DNA of 20,000 nucleotides, taken from the IMG/VR virus record IMGVR_UViG_3300027973_000060; one strand, 5' to 3'. The translations under genes and the position numbers were made by a program. The stretch is from an uncultured virus (IMG/VR IMGVR_UViG_3300027973_000060) (Duplodnaviria; Heunggongvirae; Uroviricota; Caudoviricetes). This document shows, piece by piece, positions 14,591 to 20,000 of this stretch (its first letter is position 1; the number at the start of each line of letters is the position of its first letter). The notes beneath the pieces were generated by a model. The model ran no database searches, was not told the DNA's origin, and saw only the letters and a program-made list of their open reading frames with translations.

Positions 14591-15651
14591 GAATATTGAC
14601 CCTAAAAGATCCCATGATGTTGGACGATCGGCTCCACCATCCGCACGATTCAATCGTAGTCCCGGATGAAGTCCGCGGGATACCCGGCACACATGCAGAC
14701 GCGTACACGATACCGTACAGGGTTGGTTGTGCCTCTGGAGGATATGCTTGCCTGTACCGGGGCGGGGCGATTGGAGATCAGTTCATCGCCATGGGCATTG
14801 CCAGGGCAATGCAACACTACGAGGGAGACGGAAGGATCGATGTCTACGTTCCCCAACGTCATCTTGGATTGTGGGAAGGATTTGCAGGAGTCAGGGCGCT
14901 ACCATTAGCACCCACAATCTCCACCTGGAAGTCGTACAAAGGCCACGTCTGTCTTGACGATATCTTGTCGAAGACCGCACACCTAGACGGAAACGTGTAT
15001 GACTACGTCTACAGATCCTGGGGCGTAGAGGTTGACGATCAGTTTAAGAAGCCATACGCAAAGCTGATGGAAAAGGATCAGCATGAACTTGCTACGGTTG
15101 GATTTGACGTTGCCGGACCATTCCTGCTCTATTCGATCAGTGGATCTAGCCTGTGGAAGAGCTACCCAACATACGAGGCAGGACTATTCATCAAGTCGTT
15201 CCTAAAGGAGAATAAGGATTGGCACGTTGTAGCAGTAGGCCACGACGATCCTCCCCTATCCATCACGCACAACAGGCTAATCAATCTCCAGGGAAGACTG
15301 CGCAACGTTAGGTCTCTGCTACACCTTGCGGCTCGATGCGACATGGCTGTTTGCCCAGAGTCGGCAGTGATGCACATGACCGCGGTATTCGACGCGCCAA
15401 CCGTAGGGCTGTACGGACCTTACGGACCTGAGCACACATCGAAGTACTACAAATATGTGAAGCCAATCTTCCCTAAAGATGTTTGTCCCAACGCCCCATG
15501 CTCGGTGTACGAGCAACCCAAGGACAAATGCAAAGATGCAGTCAACTCGATAAAAGGAGACCCCAAATGGTGCAACGTTCTAAGGTCAATCAAGCCAGAA
15601 GATATTCTGGCAAAGACAAAAGAAATCCAAGCAAACCTAAAGAAAATCTAA
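14587..15651 (+). CDS. Glycosyltransferase family 9-like (heptosyltransferase, GT-B fold)
   Basis: GAIGD, WKSYP, INLQGRL, ESAVMHMTAVFDAPTVGLYGP, CPNAPC and C...IKPEDI motifs; ATGA coupling. Confidence 0.85.
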   Translation: MRILTLKDPMMLDDRLHHPHDSIVVPDEVRGIPGTHADAYTIPYRVGCASGGYACLYRGGAIGDQFIAMGIARAMQHYEGDGRIDVYVPQRHLGLWEGFAGVRALPLAPTISTWKSYKGHVCLDDILSKTAHLDGNVYDYVYRSWGVEVDDQFKKPYAKLMEKDQHELATVGFDVAGPFLLYSISGSSLWKSYPTYEAGLFIKSFLKENKDWHVVAVGHDDPPLSITHNRLINLQGRLRNVRSLLHLAARCDMAVCPESAVMHMTAVFDAPTVGLYGPYGPEHTSKYYKYVKPIFPKDVCPNAPCSVYEQPKDKCKDAVNSIKGDPKWCNVLRSIKPEDILAKTKEIQANLKKI

Positions 15652-15821
15652 TCAGAATTGTTTCTGAGAAGAAAGTTGTCTGCTATGAGTTGGGCCTGGA
15701 CGTGGACAAGGACGTCTACGAGGCAATCGCCGAGGCTGGGCGCGTTCATATTGCTAACGACAAGGAAGCACTATTCCAGTACGCACTAAAGACCGCGCTC
15801 AAGGAGATGGCAAATGAATAA
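15567..15821 (+). CDS. Hypothetical protein (84 aa) starting inside the GT9-like gene
   Basis: AAGGAG SD about 7 nt before ATG 15567, in frame with the tracked ORF 15483-15821; protein-like C-terminal half. Confidence 0.6.
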   Translation: MVQRSKVNQARRYSGKDKRNPSKPKENLIRIVSEKKVVCYELGLDVDKDVYEAIAEAGRVHIANDKEALFQYALKTALKEMANE

Positions 15822-16377
15822 CTTCAAACAAAAGATTCTTACGGCAGTGTGTGAGCCGGACGTGTTGACGCAGGGCCAGTGCAATATGATCCGTGATGAT
15901 GCCGAGGTCATAGGCATGAAAAGATCTCACGTCATGAAGAAGGATGGCACGACTAGGTCTTCCTACACCAGGACATGTTCATCGTGCTGGGTACCGTTCG
16001 CGGAACACTACAAGTGGCTATACGAAGTGGTGAGGAATGTCGCTAGCGACCTAAACGAAGAGCACTACAAGTTTGACATCACTGGCATTCAGCAACTGCA
16101 GATCCTGCGCTACAGGCCGGGTCAGTTCTTCCTTCCACACTTCGACTGCTTCGACGGTAGCGACCGCAAGCTAACGATGGTGATCAACCTATCAGATCCA
16201 TCAGAGTTCCTGGGCGGAGGGCTTAGGGTTGAGTGCGACTTGCATAACGGAAAAGATGTAAAGAAGCGTGGATCGGCAACGATGTTCCCCGCCTACATCA
16301 GGCACCAAGCACTGCCAGTGTTCTTTGGCTCTAGGTGGGTGCTGGTCGCCTGGCTTACAGGAGGACAGTGGCGATGA
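15814..16377 (+). CDS. 2OG-Fe(II) oxygenase (prolyl-4-hydroxylase/PiuC-like)
   Basis: HxD (HFD), RKLTMVINLS, GGGL, distal His (IRHQ) and RWVLVAWL. Confidence 0.9.
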   Translation: MNNFKQKILTAVCEPDVLTQGQCNMIRDDAEVIGMKRSHVMKKDGTTRSSYTRTCSSCWVPFAEHYKWLYEVVRNVASDLNEEHYKFDITGIQQLQILRYRPGQFFLPHFDCFDGSDRKLTMVINLSDPSEFLGGGLRVECDLHNGKDVKKRGSATMFPAYIRHQALPVFFGSRWVLVAWLTGGQWR

Positions 16378-16454
16378 GCGATTTCTTTATAATTATGTTT
16401 TGGATGGTTGTCTTTGGAGTACTTCTCATGTACTGCGACAAGCTGAATAAATGA
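16374..16454 (+). CDS. Tiny membrane peptide (26 aa, MSDFFIIMFWMVVFGVLLMYCDKLNK)
   Basis: ATGA overlaps at both ends, upstream GGAGGA and a single hydrophobic helix; not in the ORF track. Confidence 0.55.
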   Translation: MSDFFIIMFWMVVFGVLLMYCDKLNK

Positions 16455-16630
16455 GAGCGCTAGCCTGGACTTTTTATTGGATAGGAGACTTGATCTCAAG
16501 GACGTTCATGCGGTTTGGATATGGGTATTCGATCTACAACAAGGTCATGAACTGGTCTCTTGGATTCGATAAGGACGAGTCAGTCTGGAAGAAGGTTAAG
16601 AACGATTTGCCCCAGAAGAAGGTCAAATGA
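16451..16630 (+). CDS. Hypothetical protein (59 aa, MRALAWTFYWIGDLISRTF...)
   Basis: ATGA overlaps at both ends and exactly fills the gap; not in the ORF track. Confidence 0.65.
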   Translation: MRALAWTFYWIGDLISRTFMRFGYGYSIYNKVMNWSLGFDKDESVWKKVKNDLPQKKVK

Positions 16631-17217
16631 CCCACGCAGCCAGCCTTCCTCGCCACCTATACGTCAAGGTCGACATGGCATTTGTGTCGGACGGTGTGAA
16701 GCAGGAGATAGATGACGCTGTCTGGTTTGGGCTGACTGCGATCCCTGGCCGGGCCTGGGGATGCACGGTTATGCTCAAGTGTGGCGCGATCTACCGCGGA
16801 CTTCCACTGCATGCCTTGGCTCATGGAGAGGTAGCTATTGCCGATTGGGATCTGAACGACGCGCAGAGGTGGGATTGTTTTGGGTGGAACTTCACGACGA
16901 TCGAATACGAATATCTGATGGGTCTGTCCTGCAGGGTGTGGATCGCTAGCAAGAAGACATGGGAGGTTGGGCGCTACATGTTTACTGCTGAACCTTACGG
17001 AGACGGATTCTCCATGGCCCCGGAGCAGACTAAGTCTCACCACTTCATTAGACTAAACAACGGCAGGATCACTGCTGTCCCGGGCAACAACGTCCTGTGG
17101 AACGAGTCGAGCTTCACTACCCCAGGCGACAAGCCTAAGTGGCTGCGCGGACAGCGCGAGACCTGGCACGGTGAGGAAGCGACCTGGGACGATGTAGTCG
17201 GAGAAGAAACAGCGTAA
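16627..17217 (+). CDS. Conserved hypothetical phage protein (196 aa, Trp/Cys-rich)
   Basis: Long coupled ORF; its LPRHLYV...WFGL...PGRAWGC...CGAIYRGLPLHA pattern resembles a recurrent phage family. Confidence 0.75.
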   Translation: MTHAASLPRHLYVKVDMAFVSDGVKQEIDDAVWFGLTAIPGRAWGCTVMLKCGAIYRGLPLHALAHGEVAIADWDLNDAQRWDCFGWNFTTIEYEYLMGLSCRVWIASKKTWEVGRYMFTAEPYGDGFSMAPEQTKSHHFIRLNNGRITAVPGNNVLWNESSFTTPGDKPKWLRGQRETWHGEEATWDDVVGEETA

Positions 17218-17252
17218 TGTCGGTAAACAACAAACAGAAAGGAAACTAAACT

Positions 17253-17408
17253 ATGCCACTCGGAAAGAACGTATCGAAGAACATGCGGGAACTGATTAAG
17301 GATAATAAGAAGAAAGGCAAGGAGCGCGGGGCCGGAGGCAAGGCCCGGAGCTTTGAACAGATGGTTGCGATCGCACTTCGTTCAGCTGGCAAGAGCAAGA
17401 ATCGGTGA
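17253..17408 (+). CDS. Small basic protein (51 aa, MPLGKNVSKNMREL...QMVAIALRSAGKSKNR; DUF6496-like)
   Basis: SD GAAAGGA and Lys-rich sequence with a QxxAIALxxAGKS motif; the stop overlaps the next GTG. Not in the ORF track. Confidence 0.7.
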   Translation: MPLGKNVSKNMRELIKDNKKKGKERGAGGKARSFEQMVAIALRSAGKSKNR

Positions 17409-17647
17409 GCTTGGCGAACACCCTCAAATGGCAACGTGATATCCTCGAGGCAACTAAGAGGATGCTCGTTGTCGAGCGCGATAAGGCTGACCACACTCAC
17501 GCTCCAGGAATCCGGCAGATCATTACAAACGTCGACGCGGCCCTGCTGTTCAACAAAGAACTAAGTGAAAATCTACAAGATAACCTCGGTCAAGTTCGGG
17601 GCGCTTGTGAAGGATCTTGGCCTCGCTCCGGGGAACTTGTTCCCTGA
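17405..17647 (+). CDS. Hypothetical protein (80 aa)
   Basis: GTGA coupling with the previous gene; helical-looking sequence. Confidence 0.55.
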   Translation: MSLANTLKWQRDILEATKRMLVVERDKADHTHAPGIRQIITNVDAALLFNKELSENLQDNLGQVRGACEGSWPRSGELVP

Positions 17648-17816
17648 AGAATTCGGCAACCAAGGAAGAATAATCAACGCGATGCTTTACGATTACTGGC
17701 ACGGAAATGGATATAAGCTGGACATGTTGACAGGATGTTTTGTAGAAGATAAGACAACAACCCCAACGAAAGGAACCCCACAATGCAATCCACCAGACTC
17801 ACAAAAGGAGACCTGA
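17565..17816 (+). CDS. Hypothetical protein (83 aa)
   Basis: GTG start; fills the operon gap and overlaps both neighbours. Confidence 0.55.
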   Translation: MKIYKITSVKFGALVKDLGLAPGNLFPEEFGNQGRIINAMLYDYWHGNGYKLDMLTGCFVEDKTTTPTKGTPQCNPPDSQKET

Positions 17817-18142
17817 CCGAAAGGTATAGGCAACTCGCAGGAGAGGTCGTCGTGCAGATGATCTCAGACATTAAACTACTGAATCGCAGAAAGATTCTGT
17901 CCGGGCTCGTATCAATAGCCAAGCCGAGACGCAACTCGGGACACGGAGACGGATACAAAAGCTACATCGAGTCAGACGAATTAGTCCGCGCGGTCCGCGG
18001 GGAACCTATGGCTACATGGCTCATGGCCGCCGGGGCCAATGTGGACCACCGTGACGTAGTCCGGCGCCTGGAGAAGTTGACGCCCGAGAAGTGTAGTGAA
18101 AATGAGAACCGAAAGTTTCATCAATCAAGGAAGGGTAATTAA
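17783..18142 (+). CDS. Hypothetical protein (119 aa)
   Basis: SD GAAAGGA before ATG 17783; in operon. Confidence 0.7.
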   Translation: MQSTRLTKGDLTERYRQLAGEVVVQMISDIKLLNRRKILSGLVSIAKPRRNSGHGDGYKSYIESDELVRAVRGEPMATWLMAAGANVDHRDVVRRLEKLTPEKCSENENRKFHQSRKGN

Positions 18143-18307
18143 ATGAAGATTGACGAATATAAGTCTGAGGTGCCCAACGAACTAAAGAAACTGGCGGAAC
18201 AGTTCCAGGTTGAGAAGTGCTGGTCGTTTCCTCCCAACGTGTGGAGCGTGATTGTGGAAATGCGTAAGACTGCCTGGAGGAACATGTGGGGGACGCAACC
18301 GCAATGA
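18143..18307 (+). CDS. Hypothetical protein (54 aa, MKIDEYKSEVPNELKKLAEQF...)
   Basis: ATG directly after the previous stop, SD AAGGAAGG, and a stop overlapping the helicase ATG (ATGA). Not in the ORF track. Confidence 0.65.
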   Translation: MKIDEYKSEVPNELKKLAEQFQVEKCWSFPPNVWSVIVEMRKTAWRNMWGTQPQ

Positions 18308-19722
18308 ACCCAGACTCTTACGGACCTCCGCGGGATAACGAGGCGGAGTGGGCAGTGCTGTCAGCATGCTTCACTGACCCAACGATCCTGGACAGGAACA
18401 AGGCTGAGATCCTGGACCCGCACAACTACTACCAACCAGTAGCCCGGTGCGTCGCCCGGGGGCTTCGGGATGGTGTGCCACCTGACGCTGTCGCCATGGG
18501 TGAGTTTGTGGCGAAGGAGCACCAGAAGTATGTGCATGAATTCAGCCTGAAGATTATGTCAGGATCGATCACGTCCGCGTCGAAAATGGACTATTGGTTG
18601 CCCAGGTTGCGGAAGACAACTCGGATGCGGAACATGCACACGGCTGCGCTCAAGGCGCTCGGTGCGATGGAAGAACAGGACGCATGCCCGGAAGATATTA
18701 GGAACATCCTGGCCGGGGCCAGCAAGCCATGGGGCAGTGGGAATCTCCCACTCATCATGGAGGCGGGGGCCCTCGATGAATTGCCGATTGAGAAGCCGGA
18801 GGAGATTATCTTTGGTGCCCTGCACCGCGGTTGCAAGATGGTGCTGGGCGGGACGAGCAAGAGCATGAAGACCTGGACGCTGTTGCAGTTGGCGATATGT
18901 GTGGCGTCGGGCACAAAGTTTTGGGAGATGCCTACTCGCAAGACGCGGGTGCTGTTCATTAACTTTGAGATCCAACAGTACTCGTTCCGGGAGCGGATAA
19001 GATCAGTGTGCCGGGCGCTTGGCATTCAGATACCCAACGACCAGTTGTTCGTTTGGAATCTGCGAGGACACTCGGCGGACCTGAGCGCGTTGCGGCCCAA
19101 GATCATCGACCAGTTGCGGATTGGAGAGTTTGGACTGATCTGCTTCGACCCGATCTACAAGCTGTATGGAGAGAGAGACGAGAACAGTGCCGGAGAGATG
19201 GCAACGTTAATGAACGAGGTTGACAGCATTGCGGTAGAAACAAATGCCAGCGTCGTGTTCGGGCATCACTTCAGCAAGGGCCACGGCAACAGGGCAGGAT
19301 TTGATAAGATGTCAGGCAGTACAGTATTCGCTCGAGACCCGGACAGCATCTTTGTCATGCATCCTCACAAGGAGGAGAATGTTTTAATCGTCGAGCCAAC
19401 GATGAGAGACTTCTCGCCGATTGATCCGTTCTGCGTGCAGTGGGAATTTCCGCTGATGAAACGCACAGCAGAATTTAATCCGGACGACGCGCGACCAACC
19501 GAAGGATCGAAGAAGGCATACGAGGACGAGGAAGTGATGGCATGCGTCGACAAGGAGAAGGGCTCATCGTTCAAGGAGGTGTGGGAGAAAGCAGATCCTG
19601 CTATGGGAATTCCGCGGGGAACTCTCTCGAGGTATCTCACGCGCTTGGTGAAGTCTGGCAAGTTGCTGAAAGATAAAACGCAGTTCGGCGAGGTTTACCG
19701 CGTTCCGTCACCAGGTTTTTAG
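18304..19722 (+). CDS. Replicative helicase: DnaB-N-like domain + RepA/AAA_25 SF4 ATPase + C-terminal HTH
   Basis: PPRDNEAEWAVLS (DnaB-N-like), Walker A GGTSKSMKT, VLFINFE, Walker B LICFDP, GHHFSK, SGS and a C-terminal IPRGTLSRYLTRLVKSG. The start at 18304 is inferred from ATGA coupling. Confidence 0.85.
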   Translation: MNPDSYGPPRDNEAEWAVLSACFTDPTILDRNKAEILDPHNYYQPVARCVARGLRDGVPPDAVAMGEFVAKEHQKYVHEFSLKIMSGSITSASKMDYWLPRLRKTTRMRNMHTAALKALGAMEEQDACPEDIRNILAGASKPWGSGNLPLIMEAGALDELPIEKPEEIIFGALHRGCKMVLGGTSKSMKTWTLLQLAICVASGTKFWEMPTRKTRVLFINFEIQQYSFRERIRSVCRALGIQIPNDQLFVWNLRGHSADLSALRPKIIDQLRIGEFGLICFDPIYKLYGERDENSAGEMATLMNEVDSIAVETNASVVFGHHFSKGHGNRAGFDKMSGSTVFARDPDSIFVMHPHKEENVLIVEPTMRDFSPIDPFCVQWEFPLMKRTAEFNPDDARPTEGSKKAYEDEEVMACVDKEKGSSFKEVWEKADPAMGIPRGTLSRYLTRLVKSGKLLKDKTQFGEVYRVPSPGF

Positions 19723-19740
19723 AAAAAGTATTTCATTCAA

Positions 19741-19753
19741 TATCAACAACTTA
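19741..19753 (+). promoter_or_regulatory. IHF-like binding site
   Basis: TATCAACAACTTA matches the WATCAANNNNTTR consensus exactly, with an A/T tract upstream. Confidence 0.5.
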
Positions 19754-19775
19754 CGCATGGTAGTGAAAATACTTG

Positions 19776-19804
19776 TAGACATAACCCAGCGGATGGGTTA
19801 AATT
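19776..19804 (+). promoter_or_regulatory. Sigma70-type promoter with palindromic operator in the spacer; leaderless start
   Basis: TAGACA, 17 nt, TAAATT, 6 nt, then ATG 19811. The palindrome TAACCCA-gcgga-TGGGTTA lies at 19782-19800. Confidence 0.65.
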
Positions 19805-19810
19805 CTAACC

Positions 19811-20000
19811 ATGAGCAACACATTAACAAAAACCGAAGCAACCCCGGTCAAAGCGGGTCGCACTCAAGCATCCTGGGAAAAACTCGGAGTTAAGTTCAAG
19901 CAGACTGAAAGCATTGGCTTTAGTTTGAGTGGCGGATTCAGTGAGCCCCACTTAACCTGGGTCGCAGTATGCAAAGGTCAGTATGTGGCAAGTGGCGGAA
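19811..20000 (+). CDS. Hypothetical protein, partial (MSNTLTKTEATPVKAGRTQASWEKLG...)
   Basis: Open from ATG 19811 to the window end, directly behind the promoter. Confidence 0.7.
   Translation, partial: MSNTLTKTEATPVKAGRTQASWEKLGVKFKQTESIGFSLSGGFSEPHLTWVAVCKGQYVASGG

Noticed and set aside
17217..17249. 10-codon mini-ORF MSVNNKQKGN coupled to the previous stop
   Set aside because: It is too short to support and may simply be the A-rich leader containing the SD of the next gene.
1..20000. tRNA, rRNA, CRISPR arrays, integrase/transposase, reverse transcriptase/DGR, stop-codon recoding, intrinsic terminators
   Set aside because: None was recognised. Genes tile the window under the standard code, and I saw no clear hairpin plus U-tract.

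Overview
This 20 kb segment comes from a tailed dsDNA phage with a podovirus-like layout; almost all genes are on the + strand, many with tightly coupled TAATG/ATGA overlaps. The host cannot be determined from the sequence. 1-10.6 kb looks like an internal-virion/DNA-ejection module: three Gln/Ala/Gly-rich proteins (one ending in a CFI-box-CTERM-like domain), a 2067-aa modular 'polyvalent' protein, a small antisense secreted repeat protein and a GH108-like lysozyme. The 2067-aa protein carries an HExxH metallopeptidase motif, an EIQSD/GNAT-like module and a C-terminal HhH-GPD glycosylase-like module, with a probable small acidic gene nested in its 3' end. A PD-(D/E)XK endonuclease follows. A sigma70-like promoter at about 11.0 kb opens a DNA-metabolism block: Hjc-like resolvase, SSB-like protein, exonuclease, dNTP pyrophosphohydrolase-like protein, GT8-like and GT9-like glycosyltransferases, a 2OG-Fe(II) oxygenase, many small ORFs and a DnaB-N/RepA-type helicase. 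The window ends with an AT-rich regulatory region (IHF-like site, palindromic operator, leaderless promoter). The best candidate for a new system is the injected glycosylase-like effector with its overprinted acidic partner gene. All family calls are by-eye motif recognition, not database searches.
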